From Octopus vulgaris (lineage: Eukaryota), in assembly GCA_951406725.2 (NCBI GenBank), contig OX597818.1:28830001-28894000 (forward strand): 64,000 nt of DNA, written 5' to 3'. The translations under genes were made by a program, and so were the position numbers. Below the pieces are notes generated by a model. It was not told where the DNA came from. It did not search any database and worked only from the letters and a program-made list of their open reading frames with translations. Of this stretch, positions 39,531 through 53,779 are shown one piece after another (position 1 is the stretch's first letter; each line of letters opens with the position of its first letter).

Positions 39531-41211
39531 CACTGAAAATAAGCATGCTACCCTTTTGTGCTTTTGTTTTTTCTATGTATTCCCACCTTGTCTCCAACGG
39601 AGATTCTGAATATGCAAAAAATCTACTTTTAGACTTTTTAATACACCCACTCCTTAACTTTTCAATTTTTTTCTTGAAATTTTACAACTAGGGTTAAGGG
39701 TTATATACAGGTGCACAAACACACAAAATGGAGAAACTGAAACAAATATGGATAACTTGTTCTGAAACATCCCCCATTCACAAAAAGAATCCCCAATTGT
39801 TTTACTCCCAAATCCTATATGGATGGAATCTACATACTTCAAGGTATATTTGTATTAAAGAATATCCATTTTCTTAAAGTTAAGACAAATTCAAGTGGAT
39901 TCCGGTGAATTTTCCGAAAATCCTCCTCCAACCCCTGCTAAAATACTTTTCCCCCAAAATTTGTATGTTGGGAATCTACATGATATAACACATATTCATA
40001 AAATATTTCATTAAAAAATATCCATTTTTCTGAAAGTTATCATCATCCAAAATTGGTGGGGAGGGGCAGAAAGCCTGTAGTGAGATGGTACCAACTGTCA
40101 ATGATCTCATAATGCATGTGCTGCCAAACACTGCACAAAACTTTAGCAACAGTCAATGGCTCTGTGAGCGAGCCATCTTAGTACCATGTAATGATGCTAT
40201 TAACAAAATCGACTGGGATCTCTTGTAGCTGTTGCCTGGACAATAACAGTCTTTCAAACTAAGTTCTTGAACTCTCTACAGCCATCTGGGATGCTACCTC
40301 ATCACTTAACACTTAAAAAGGAGGCCCCAATCATGCTGCTCAGGAATCTGGAATCACCTCGACTGTGCAATGGCACCAGACTGGTGGTGAAAGTGATGTG
40401 ACTCCATGTCCCAGAAGCAATAATTATGACTAGGAACTATAAGGGTGAGGATGTCTTCATTCCACAGATCCTGTTAATCCCACATGACATCCCCTTTGAA
40501 TTTAAATGGTTCCAGCTCCCAGTGAAACTAAGTTTCGCTATGTTAATAAACAAGTCTCAAGGACAGTCTCTCTTGTTGAATTATATGTCTCGCATGGGCA
40601 ATTATATGTAGGAAGTTCGCAGGTTGGAAGTCCCCAAAATCTTTTCATTTATACACCAATTAAAGGACACACTCTAAACATCATTTAGAAGCTCTAGATA
40701 ATTAAACTGACTGATTGCTGGATTTGTTTCAATACATTTGTTTATACTCACATCATCACATAGAATTTTTATTAAATGTACTTATTAACAGGAGGAGAGT
40801 GCCTGCAGACTGGTTCTTCTCAAATTTATGTACTTTCAGATTCAATGCATTTCAAATAAGTACTGATAATTGAAGGTGATTGCAAAGACAAAGAACTACC
40901 TGGTCTTTAACAGTTCTAACAGTGAAAACATTGGATAAAACATGTTATTGACATTAATAGTTTGTACCTCAGCTAATTACTGTTGAGAACTGCATAATCC
41001 ATGTTTCATTTTAGTTAGAGATTTAAAAGGCATATTTAAATTTCATTATTTCCAATAACCTGGGAAACGGCAGGTTATTAATGTATAAAGTTGGTATCTC
41101 AGCTACTAGGAGGTAAGACCAGTGTAGTCTATGTTTCATGTTCAAGATCTAAAGGGTATTTTTAAATTTCATTATTTCTTTAAGCTGGGCAACAGTAGGT
41201 ATTTCAGCTGG
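37880..41211 (+). mobile_element. Helitron (decayed; Pif1 helicase remnant 40070-40690)
   Basis: A|TC ... hairpin CTGG|T; PIMLLRNL..LCNGTRL, FAMLINKSQGQS; empty site visible in the inverted paralog at ~48415-48440. Confidence 0.85.
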
Positions 41212-41364
41212 TAATAAAATTAAATAAGGCAGCAGAAATAATGAATATAGAATAAATAAGATAAGAATAAAAATTAGAAATAAAGGGAAAGTAAACTTCG
41301 TTTATGTGGGAATGCATGCACAAGTATACATCCGTGTGTGTATATGTATACATGGATTACATTG

Positions 41365-41642
41365 AGGAGCACTCCATTGGTTATGATGACAAAGGTCCTA
41401 GCTGATATGATCGACAGAACAGCTTGCTCATGAAATTAATGTGCAAGTGGCTGAGCACTCTACAGACATGTGTACCCTTAACGCAATTCTCAGGGAGATT
41501 CAGCATGACATGGCTGGCCCTTTGAAATACAGGTGCTACTCATTTTTGCCAGCTGAGTGAACTGGAGCAACGTGAAATAAAGTGTCTTGCTCAAGGACAC
41601 AATACGTCACCGGGAATTGAACCACTAAGCCATGTGCCTTTA
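41365..41642 (-). mobile_element. tRNA-derived SINE (deleted head)
   Basis: Homologous to 33265-33599; absent from the paralogous sequence at ~48300. Confidence 0.75.
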
Positions 41643-41879
41643 CTATGCATAGATGGATTATATTATGTGTATATGTATACATGGATAACATTGTTGGTAT
41701 TTATACAACATAATAAATAAAATAAAATAAGGTAAATAAGTAAGCAGAAATAAGGAGTAAAGAATAAATAAAAATATAAAGGTGAAATAAATTTGCTTAT
41801 GTGGTTATTTTTATTTATAATTAATTAATTCATTCATTATTTCTGCCTACTTATTTATGTTATTTTATTATATATTTTA

Positions 41880-44800
41880 CTAGTAGTATAGCCTGGTGTT
41901 GCCCGGAATTAAGTTAGGATTATAAAGTGATCAAGCGCTTTATTTCAAATCAAAATAAGTGACACTGACATCAAATTTGAGCGAAATCCATTGAAATTGG
42001 TATACTTTTGGCTGAAAATGGGTTGCAGGCAATTTGATTATGAAATCCCATAAGGAATTGGTTTATCAATTATTTCCATTCAGCGATTGTTTATTTTTTT
42101 TTTTTGAGAACTTACAGCATTCAAAGATTCCATGGGTCCTAAGTAATGCTGGCATCAAGTTTGGGGAAAATATGTCAAAATATGTGAAAGTTATGGTTGA
42201 AAATGGGGTGTAGCCAATATTAGTAGGAAATCCTATAAGGAATTGGTTCATCAATTTTTTATCCTGATTGAATGGAAAACCCCAAATGGATGTCTGCCAC
42301 CAATAGTGTTTGGCCTTGGGATTTGTTGATGGACATGGCGAAGCATGATCTCACTGGGAACTGTGATCTGTGGAGGTTAAATGGCATGTCTGACCCTGAG
42401 GGATAAAGCTGCATCCTTGAAATGGAAATATTTTCACCCCTCCCGCACCCTGTAACAATGGTGGCCTCAGTCAAGTGGGGCGTCAGAGACTTGATTACTA
42501 AGCAGGTCCCGTTGCACTGTTTAGGCGGAAGCAAGTTTCTAATTAGCATAATTGGGCATCCAACCCTAAGCCTAAGAATGTGAGTGGAAGCCATGATGGC
42601 TCCAATGAGTTGAGAAACTCGATAGAGTAAATGACAATGTCTTGCGGGTCAGAGATCTGGTCAATTGATTTGTAGATGCACTCCTCACCTGGAATTCGGC
42701 TTATGAGCTGGTCGTTGATAGCACTGACAGCTACGTTTTTGGGGGCCAGGATGGTTCTTTCACTGAGCCAATTGATGTCTGCATAATTACTTTCCAGATT
42801 GGGGAACACTGTTTCCGAAAGATTGGAAGGGTTGTCCACAGTGTTGCACAGTTCAGAGATGGATATGTCACCCCTATAATTCCTAGGGACCTTGCCTTCT
42901 CCAAGGGTTAAAATGACTTCAGCAAATGCTGCAGATGTGCTATCACCAAGCAAGTGTGCACACATGTTTGCGCTTAGACTTAAGGTCTTAACCTGGAGCC
43001 ACAACATCGATGACTTAAGGCATGCACGCACTTCATCAGCCTGGCTCTCTTTAGGGATGACAGGAAGATTTTGCCAGAAATCTCCTGAAAGCAACAGAGT
43101 TACACCACTCATAAAAGCTGTAGAATCTCTAATACCTTTCAGTGACTGGTCCAGTGCCTCAAGGGCACCCTTACTTGTCATTGTGCATTTGTCCCATACA
43201 ATGAGATGGTACTAAGGACTTCAGCTTCCTCTGAAATTTTGCCAATCTTGCAAGTAGGAACCTCGGCCCTCACCAAATGTAAAGGCAGCCTGAATACCGA
43301 GTGCACCGTTCTACCTCCCGGCAATAACGTAGCAGTGATTCCCAAGGAAGCAACTGCTAGCGCAATTTGTTTCTTGCAACGAATATTAGCAAGTATCAAT
43401 TGTGTTACAAAGGATTTGCTGGTACCTCTAGCAGCATTGAGGAAAAAAATGCCGCCCACCTGTTTTTCAATGGCACTGACGACAGTTTCGTACACTAGCC
43501 TCTGATCAGGCAGCAATTTTGGTTCATTTACTCTCAGGTACTCTGCAAGGCCATCAGCGTCATATGACAAGTCCAGATGTAACTTTGGTGGGAGTGTGTT
43601 AACGTCCTGTCGCAATAAGGATGGCAAACCGAATGTGTTCAACGCTGCCCCACCCATTCTGAGCAGGGCATCCTTGATTTCAATCAGCGCATTATTGTAG
43701 ATCAGGTCATTGTATCCAATGTCAGAATTAGGGCACTGTTGCTTTGCCAGTCATCATTTGCCTTGACCACCAAGAAAGAAAAATTACATACAGAGAATTT
43801 CATAAACAGAAATGAATAGAAAAAGGTTTTAAATTAAATTTTTAGACTAACACTTGCACGATTTTCACTAAGTTTAAAAAATTGGATTTTTTGCTTGGAA
43901 TCAACTACCATGGCCACCTAAAATGCTACAAAACCCTTTTTGTGGTCCAAAAAACAGGGTGGGGTGTGGTGGAAGCTTCTGAAATTTCACTCCCCATACC
44001 CATTGATCTTTTCACCATCTATTTTTCAATGTACGTGGAAAAATATGGAGATCAAGAATATGGAAAACATTTTTTTTTTACTCTCAAATTTACCATAAAA
44101 CAACCCAGGCAAATTTTTAGATAAACCTCACACAATTTTCACTAAGAAAAAATATCGGATTTTTTGCATGGAATCAACAACCCTAGCCTCCTAATATGCT
44201 ACAAATACCCATTTATATTGTGTAATTCATTGAAAAATTGTTACCTAACTCTTTGTCTCTCTTGCACGCCTCATCGTCATCATCATCAACAACGTCCGTT
44301 TTCCATGCTAGCATGGGTTGGACGGTTCGACTGGGGTCTGAGAAACCAGGAGGCTGCACCAGGCTCCAGTCTGATCTGGCAGTGTTTCTACAGCTAGATG
44401 CCCTTCCTAACGCCAACAACTCCGTGAGTGTAGTGGGTGCTTTTTATGTGCCACCGGCACAGGCGTCAGGGGAGGCTGGCAATGGCCAAGATTGGCTGGT
44501 GCTTCTTATGTGCCACCGGCACGGAAGCCAGTCAAGACGGCGCTGGCATCGGCCACGTTCGGCTGGTGCTTTTTACATGACACAGCACAGGTATCACAAC
44601 TACAATTTCCGTTTGATTTTTATTTGTTACTGATGTACTTGATTCAATAGGTCCCCTCAAGCCAGCAGACCACCCTACAATCCATGATAAGCACAACAGG
44701 CTGTCCTGCGATCCAAGGTACTTTGGATGGGCTGGGGCTGCTACGTGAAGCTGGTGCAGGAGACAGCCATGAACTCACTTTATTTGTTGGGTCTTAACAG

Positions 44801-47231
44801 TCACAACAAACCTCCAGAGATCTCAGTATTTCGTCATTGCCTCTGTGAGACCCAACGTTTGAAGGTCATGCTTGACCACCTCATCCCATGTCTTCCTGGG
44901 TCTACCTCTACCCTGGATTCCTTCAACTGTTTGGGAGTGGCATTTCTTCACACATCTTTCCTCATCCATCTGTAGTACATGACCATACCAGTGCAAATGT
45001 CTCTCTTGCACGCCACATCCAATGCTTCTTATGTCCAGTATTTCTCTCAGGGCGCTTACACTCTGTCATGTGTGCACACTGACATTACACATCCAGCGGA
45101 TCATGCTAGCTTCATTTCTTTCAAGCCTATGCATGTCCTCTGCAGTCACAGCCTATGTTTCACTACCGTGAAGCATTGTAGTTCACACACATGCGTCATA
45201 CAATCTACCTTTCACTCTGAGCGAGAGACCCTTTGTCACCAGTAGGGGTAGAAGATTTCTAAACTTTGCCCAGGCTATTCGTATTCTAGTGGTGACACTC
45301 TATGAGCATCCACCTCCACTACTAACTTGGTCACCTAGGTAGTGGAAACTATCAACTACTTCTAGTTTCTCTCCCTGGAGTGTGATGGAATCTGTTTTCT
45401 GAGTATCTGTGGTGTCTATTGCCCCTGTGCATCTTCTGCACACAAAAGCTATCTTCTCGGTTAATTTTCCTCTGATGTTACTGCACCTCTTATGCGTCCA
45501 TAGCTTAGACTGGGTACATCTTATGAAGATTCTTCCTACACCTTTTCTACAGATTGGGGGTGGTGGTGATGAGTTCGCCTTCCTACTTACTATAACTTTA
45601 GTCTTTGATACATTCACTCTAAGGCCTTTTGATTTGAAACCTTGCTTCCATAGCCAAAATTTCTTTTCTAGTTCTGGTAGTGATTCTGCTATGAGGGCCA
45701 GGTCATCAGCATGGAGGAGTTCCCAGGGGCAACCTGTCTTGAATTCCTCTGTTATTGCCTAGAGGACTATGATGAATAAAAGGGGACTGAGGGCTGAACC
45801 TTGGTGGATCCCTACTTCTACCCGGAATTCTTTACTATACTCATTGCTAATCCTAACCTTACTAACGGCCTCTCGGTATAGGGCCAGTACAGCTCTTATT
45901 AACCATTCGTCAATCTCCAATTTCCACATTGCCCACCAGATAAGGGATTGGGGAACCCTGTCAAAGGCTTTCTCCAAGTCCACAAAAGCTAAGTACAGGG
46001 GTTTATCTTTAGCTAGGTATTTCTCCTGCAGTTGTTAAACCAGGAATATGTCATCAGTGGTGCTTCTGCCCAGAACAAAACCGAACTGCATCTCATCTAA
46101 GCAGACTCTCTCCCTAATGAGATGGGCTATGACCCTCTCTGTGACAGTCATCACCTGATCCAGCAGTTTAATACCCCTGTAGTTATTTCTATCTACAGAA
46201 TCACCTTTACCCTTGTAGCAGTTGACTATGGTGCTGCTACGCCAGTCATTGGGCATGGCTCCATTATGAACTACCTGGTTTACAATGCATGTGACTAGGC
46301 CATAGCCCACTCCACCAGATGTTTTAAACATCTCAGCAGTGATTCCTGATAGGCCGGGGGCTTTTTCTTAATACCCTTAATTGCTTTATCTACTAGGGAG
46401 CTGTCTATTGGGATAGCTGGTCCTTCTACTGGGTTAACATTTGGCAGGCTCTTCTCCTCCCATTCATTCTCTACATTCAGCAGTCTTTCATAATAGCTTC
46501 TCCAAGCCTCTTTCTTTGCAGAAACATTAAATGTAAGTCTTTTCAGAAACTTAATGTTTCTATGTTGTTAAATACATAGATTCTCAACAAAACACTTTTA
46601 CCTCAATGTAAAATAAAAACAAACTCTTTTGTGTCCAAAGTAAAGTGTGTGTGTGTGAGAGAGAGAGAGGGGGCAGGGAGAAAGATGAACGATTTAAAAT
46701 AAATAAATGATTTCAAATAAATATATTTTAATTGTTGTGTGAAAAAGTATATATAATCTGATTATAAAGTATAGTGTCTTTCAAAAACATCCTAAATTTG
46801 AATACTATATCTCGTGTATAAGAAAAAAAAAACATTTTACATTTTTATTTTTGGTGAACACTGTCACTTACTCTCTCTCTCCCTCACACACACACACACA
46901 ACAACACACAACATCTGTCTCCCTCACACACACACATACATACATCAACACAACTTCTCTCTCCCTCACACACACACACACATTTTCACTTCGTTATGGC
47001 AAGAAGGGACTTAACTCATGTTAGCAAACTTCAAAATTGGTAAAAGTTAAGGCTGAAAATCGATTTTTACTACTACCTGCTGGTGCTTTGGGAAAAATAA
47101 TTTGACAGAAATACAGTTAGGATTGTGACAAATGTCCTCCTAAAATTGGAGCAACATGCGTGCTAATTTGTGGATGTGCATAAATTACATTCACGTACAC
47201 ATACACACATCCTGCCTTTTATATATACAGA
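41880..47231 (-). mobile_element. Helitron with RepHel Pif1 helicase pseudogene (42259-43740), interrupted by an RTE
   Basis: 5' A|TCtgtatatataaaagg at 47231; 3' hairpin + CTAG|T at 41880; IALAVASLGITATLLPGGRTVHS, LLSGDFWQNLPV, CFAMSINKSQGQT. Confidence 0.88.
44270..46530 (-). mobile_element. RTE LINE nested in Helitron
   Basis: NNYRGIKLLDQV, DLEKAFDRVP, GIHQGS, LHWYGHV; (GAT)n tail; close relative of 4928-7589. Confidence 0.92.
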
Positions 47232-47260
47232 TAAATACCAACAATATTATACACATATAC

Positions 47261-48022
47261 ATCATCATCATCATCATCGTCATTTAACATCCGCTTTCCA
47301 TGCTAGCATGGGTTGGACGGTTTGACTGTCGGCTGGTGAACCAGATGGCTGCACCAAGCTCCAATCTGGCAGAGTTTCTACAGCTGGATGCCCTTCCTAA
47401 CACCAACCACTCCGAGAGTGTAGTGGGTGCTTTTACATGCCACTGGCATGGGGGCCAGTCAGGCGGTACTGGCAACGACCTCGCTCGAATTTGTTTTTAC
47501 ACATGCCAACGGCACAGGTGCCAGTAAGGCGATGCTGGTAATGATCCCGCTCGAATGGTGCCTTCTACATGCCTCCTACAAGCCAGTTAGCCGCTCTGGC
47601 AACGATCACGCTCAGATGGTGCTCTTAGCACCCTACTAGCACAGGGCACAAGTGCCAGTAAGGCGAGGCTGGCAACGATCACGCTCGTATGGTGCTCGTG
47701 CCCATCATCAAATTTCACATTGATTTTGATTTCAGTTTCGATTTCACTTGCCTCAACAGGTCTTCGCAAGCAGAGATTAGTGTTCAGAGAAGGAAAAGGT
47801 ACGGTACGCACAAGTGGGCTGGTTACACCCCTGGCACAGGCAAACAAAGTTATGGTCTCATTTGGCTTGCCGGGTCTTCTCAAGCACAGCATATTTCCAA
47901 AGGTCTCAGTCACTAGTCATTTCCTTGGTGAGGCCTAAAGTTCAAAGGTCGTGCTTCACCACTTCATCCCAGGTCTTCCTGGGTCTACCTCTTCCACAGG
48001 TTCCCTCAACCGCTAGGATGTG
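47261..48022 (-). mobile_element. RTE LINE 3' fragment
   Basis: GRGRPRKTWDEVVKHDL on the minus strand, 3' UTR and (GAT)n tail. Confidence 0.85.
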
Positions 48023-49194
48023 GATATATCACCTAATGAACTAATGAAATAACTAGAAATAAACATCTGTATGTCTGTATATGCAAGTGCATATAGAGAT
48101 ACTAATATATAAACAAGATACACCCATACATGTATGTACGTGTATAAACACATAAGCAAATTTATTTCACCTTTATATTTTTATTTATTCTTTATTCCTT
48201 ATTTCTGCTTACTTATTTACCTTATTTTATTTTATTTATTATGTTTTATAAATACCAACAATGTTATCCATATATAGATATCCACATACACATAATATAA
48301 TCCATGTATGCATATACACGGACATGCATTCACACATAGAACAAATTTTACTTCTTTATTTCTATTTTTTATTCTTATCCTATTTATTCTATATTCATTA
48401 TTTTACCTTATTTATTTTATTTTATTATATTATATATTTTAATCGTGCATTTTTACTTTTATATAATTTAGTTGATTATTATCATTATTATTAAACTTCA
48501 ATATAAATATTAATATCAAATAATGTGTGAATGAACTTTTATTGCTGCTCTTATGTATTTATGTACATTAATAAAAAACTTAGAAAGTAACTTATATACA
48601 CATGTAAGTTGATATATAAACCATTGGCATCCATAATTATTGTGTGTATGTATATCTGTATCTGTGTAAATGTGTGTGTGCGTGCGTATATATAAATATG
48701 AGCATAGACATGCGCACACACATATACAAACATGAACATAAACTTTATTTCTCTTTCACTTTAATTTTATTTCATTTTATTCAGTAAATAATGTTCCTCT
48801 TACATAGTATAAATCATTATTCATGATTATTATTATTAGTAATATTGAATTTAAAAATAAATGAATATTTTTAATGCATGCATGCACACACACATATACA
48901 TAGTAAACATAAATATATTTTCTGTGTATATTTGAATATTCCAGTAAATCGCTATGTAGTTCACATATTGTCCTTTTATGCACCCTGAAAATTTTCACCA
49001 AAGGCATTTAAAATGCAAAATTTATTTATATATATAAGAGAGAGTTAATTAATTTGTTTGTCAACCAAAATGAAACTAAATGGTTCAGGGAAAAGCTATT
49101 ATGTTTTATCTATCTATATATATATTAGCTGATGTACCCAGTAATTCCTGGGAAAGCAGGGCTTATCTCTTTGTTCTGTTCTTAATCCAATAAG

Positions 49195-49472
49195 TAGCAT
49201 ATGGAAAATGGTATTAAGGAAGGGTAGGAAAATATTAGATTTATAAGCCCAAAAATTCACTCCATAATTGCCCACGGGCTTATGGCATAGTGGTTAAGAG
49301 CATGCGCAGGCTACTAACCCCAAGATTCCTGAGTTCAATTCCAGGCAGTGACCTGAATGATAATACTAACATCGAAATTTCCTCAAGACACCTGAGGGTA
49401 TATCAGCCAAAACATTGTGTTAACAAGACAAGCAAGATGAGGACAAATATCCGTCAAATGTAAATAATGTAC
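49195..49472 (+). mobile_element. Penelope-like pLTR fragment, same family as 552-845
   Basis: Colinear similarity including ORF end, tRNA-like segment and partly deleted hammerhead. Confidence 0.8.
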
Positions 49473-49676
49473 AGCTGTATACTGTTTAAAAGTTGATAGG
49501 TTGAAATAAATTTTACAACCTACAATTTGTATCTTTATCAAAAAATTTATTTTAGAAAAACAAAGAAAATCAACTATGTGAAGATTTTGGGGTAAAAAAC
49601 AAAATTAACAAAGATGAAAAGAATGTAAATAAATTATTTTACAGGTTTGTAATAGAATTTTAAGCTTTCAACTTAC

Positions 49677-49928
49677 ATTCTACATTGATCCAATGTGTTT
49701 TATGTAATTCTCCTTTACTGCACTTGTTAGAAGCATAACAAGTGTAAACCTCATTATTGTGTGTTCGATTGAGTTGAGGAAATGTGAAATTTTGTGAGGT
49801 TTTGTTACTTGGATCCCACCTGTAGCTGTACTTTTCTGGATATCCATTTCTTGCCTTACAATGCAAAATGCCTTTGTCACCTTCAAGAAAGGGTTCATCA
49901 GCCTTGATTTCTACCATATTAGGTGGAT
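49677..49928 (-). CDS. Ig-superfamily receptor, Ig exon B
   Basis: Acceptor ttttatacag|AT, donor T|gtaagt; 252 nt, phase 1-1; YPPNMVEIKADEPFLEGDKGILHCKARNGYPEKYSYRW...HNNEVYTCYASN...WINVE with Ig C-W-YxC pattern. Confidence 0.9.
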
Positions 49929-52059
49929 CTGTATAAAAGGAAATCAGATTATTTACGTAAATACTTGCATAAAGATATTTTATTTTTTGCTGTTACATTG
50001 GCAATTAATATTCCAAGTTGCATTAGATATAAAGTGATGCATAAAAATGAGAAAATTTTAAATGAATTCTATTAGTATTGCAATCTTTTACACTGAAAGA
50101 AATGTCCAATACAAATTTTCAAATCCTAACCAATATATTAGAAAATACACATCTATATAAAAAATACTTGTATCCAAGAATTTCATCAGACTACCATTTA
50201 AGTTTTGAAGATGTTGGCAAAATTTAATTAGCAAGACACAAAGTTTCAGGAAAAGGATGCAGAATAAAAGGCAACATTGAATATAAGTCTACATAAGTTC
50301 CACAACTACTATCATTAAATAAAATAAAATAAAAATGTGTATGATGAAATATTACATTTTTGTAAATTGGGACTGCTGATAATGATAGAATTGTAATAAA
50401 ATAAGGGAAGTTTAATGTCAAACTAAAATACCACAATATAGGTGTTTTTAAAAAAGGAATTTATGAAAATTTGTTGGTGCAGACTTTTCATAATGTTTTA
50501 CCTACATTTTGCAAAACTTCATAAATTGCATTACATTATTAATTTCTTTTTACTTTCCTCAAAACAGATATTTTTTCCATACCTACCAGATCTCAAGAGC
50601 ACAGAGTATTTCTTAATTGTGCTGTTATCTAATATCCATTTTAATTCCCAGAGTAAAACCAAGTGGTAAGATTAGCTGTAATGGATCTATAATACTGTAC
50701 ATTTTGACTATTATACCTGCCCTATTAACAAATGTAAATGGGCTTATTTTTTTCTGACATATGGATTCTTAATATGTATATATCTTCCTCAAAATAGACA
50801 TGCACTATCATCATAGAGATGATGATAATCATCATTGCTGCCACTACCACTATCATCTTGTGTCTGCTTTCCATGCTAGCATGACAATACGTTTTAACAA
50901 GGTCCTGCAGGCCAGAGAACCACATCTTGCTTAAAAGTCAGTTTTAGCATGCTTTATGTATACCTTTCCTAATGCCAACCACTTTACAGAGTTTACTGGG
51001 TGCTATTTTCATAGCATCAACTCTAATGAGGTTCCTTTGAAACTTGCAAGACTGAAGAGCTATTCAACTAATGGGGAAGATAAGAGATAGGGTGGATGCT
51101 TTAAGCAAGGAGTTGAGATGTTAAAGTATCACTGTGGAGGGTGGCAGAAAGATGTATGGCAACTATTTATTTTGCATCAATGGGTGGGAAGGACTGGAAT
51201 GGGACTCAAGAGGTAAAAATGGTGATGACAAGGTAACAGAACATACATGCATGGTAACATGTCCAAGAGATAAATGGAAGAGAGAAGATACAGGAGAATA
51301 ATGAAGGTTTGCGGATAAGGCTGTAAGAGTGTGAAAGGAGAGTGAGGTGGATATAAACATGAGGTGAATGAAGTCAGTAGTATATAGAAGGTAAATGTAG
51401 AGAATGGTGAACAAGGGTGGAGGTAACCAGTATGAGTGGGGTACAATTGAGAATGAGGAATGAAGGCTGATTGAGAATAGTATAGAGGAGAAGAGTGGTG
51501 ATCAGCAGTACAGAGATGGCAATGGTATGGTATATAGTAGCAGGTTCTATATCAGTTTCTTACAAGAGCAGAAAAATGTAGTATATTGGGAAATGATAGA
51601 GGAATGTGTAATAGCGTGATGAGAGATAGAACTCAGGTTGCAAGTGGAGGAGACTGAGGGGATAGGATGCTGGATGTAGAATTAGAGATTGCGAGTGAGA
51701 TGTGAGGACAGGATGATAGAAGTGGAGTTGAGGTTGTGAGTGAAGTGAATGTGAAAATTGGAAACCAACAAGGAAAGGAATGTAGTCATGGATGACAAAA
51801 ATGAGGAATGAGGATCAATAGGAAGTGGCAGCGATCCAGAAGTTACAAATGAAGATGAGAGTTTAAGATGGATATTAACAAGGGTGAGGTAGGGATTGTC
51901 AATTGTTACAATGAGGAGAATGGAAGTGGCTTGAAGGGGGAACTCTGTTGTCTGGATAGATGGGGGAGACTCAGGTGCATAGTGTACATATATATATATA
52001 TTACGCTTTGAGAGCCTTAGCCATGATGTGCAATCATAGGAAGGTAAATCATGTTGAGT

Positions 52060-53365
52060 ACTGCATATCACTAATCAACTTGGTTTGTCATCTCTTCCAT
52101 GAGTGCCAGCATCCTGAGATCAGCCTTCACTACCTCATCCCATGTCTTTCTCTCACACAGGTTTCATCTACTGTGAGTGATCATTACTTTTATATACAAC
52201 TGTCTTTATCCATACATATTACATACCCAAACTAATGTATACTACATTTAATTCTTGGCCACTTGTTCTCTCAACACATATGTATTCCATCAATCTTTCA
52301 CACTAACATTGCATATCTAGTGGAGCATGTATGCTTTATTTATTTCTAGTCTTTTCAGGTCCTCCACATTCAAGGCTCATGTCTCACTATCATGGAGCAT
52401 TTCAAGTTGAAAAAAGCATCATAAAGTCAGCTTTTCACACTGAGAGAAAAACTTTATGTTTATGACAGAAGTAATAAATCCATGGACTTTCTCTACTCAG
52501 ATTTTACATTGGCTACTACACTTTGAGAACAATTTCCACCAATACTGTTTTGATCACCTAGATAACAAAAGCTCTCTATTACATCTAGAAATCTTCCTGG
52601 GCTTTTGAAGGCATCATTTCTCATGTTCACTTAAAGTTTATTGCTCCAGCACACCTGCTATATACAATGTCAACTTTGTCAACCTACCCATAATTCCATT
52701 GTATCTCTTACACATACACAGTTTGCACTGGATACACTATATCAACTTTCCACCCATTCCTTTTTTTACATATGAAACAAGGTAATTATCCAGATGGATG
52801 AAGGGTCTTGTATGTTTTCTGATTTCCTAAGATTTGAATGTTTACCAAGGTAATGAGGCCCTTTGATTCCATGCTTTGCTTTCACACCTGTAATGTTTTC
52901 CCAGTCTTACTCCAGATTCAGCCATAAAAAGGAGAACATGAGCAAATAAGAATTCCTGTAGACACCTAATCTTAAACTCCCCTGGAGGTCTTTGATAAAT
53001 AGAAAGAGACTAAGCACTGATGGTATCCTACCTACACACTAAAGTCATCACTGTACTCATTGCTATTTCTCATATTGCTGACAATACACCTGTATATGGA
53101 TTGTATGGCTCACATAAGCCATTCTTATACTCCTAGCTTCATCAATAATTACTAGATCCCCAAATGAGTAACCTTGTCAAAGGCTTTCTCTAGGTCAACA
53201 GGTTCTTCACTTGTTGACTCACTAGGAATATGATATCAGTACTTCTTTTTCCAGAACAAAACTGAACTGCATCTCATCTAGTTTAACTGTCAATTATCAA
53301 CAGAGCCATAACTCTTTTTCTGACTTTAATGAACTAGTCCAGTAATTTGATATCCCTCTAATTAC
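52060..53365 (-). mobile_element. Old RTE LINE remnant
   Basis: gacctagagaaagcctttgacaagg (DLEKAFDK) and gatgagatgcagttc (DEMQF) on the minus strand. Confidence 0.75.
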
Positions 53366-53779
53366 TGATCTCTTTTCCTAAATAAAATTTAAAGAGCTCC
53401 CAGATATTTAGCCATAAATCTTTAAATCTTTAAATTGTTTCAACTTCAAAGTTGTGGTCATGCTGGGGTACTATTTATAATGGCATTTGACCATAAGTTT
53501 ATTTCCTCTGTATATTCAACTTGCATGATAAAACTACACAAATTCCAACAATGCAATTAGATACATAGTTCCAGAAGAATAAAACAACGCTCACCTGGTT
53601 TGGAATCACAGGATATTATTTATTTTTTCCTTTACTCAAAAACCTACAGCCAAACCAACCAACATATACAAAAGACTAAAATCTTACAGTTAAAATTTTT
53701 TTTTCATATTTGAATTAAAAAAAGAAAATGATAAAAACAGAAGATAAAAATTTTCAAAAGATGCTTCATGTATACTCAC

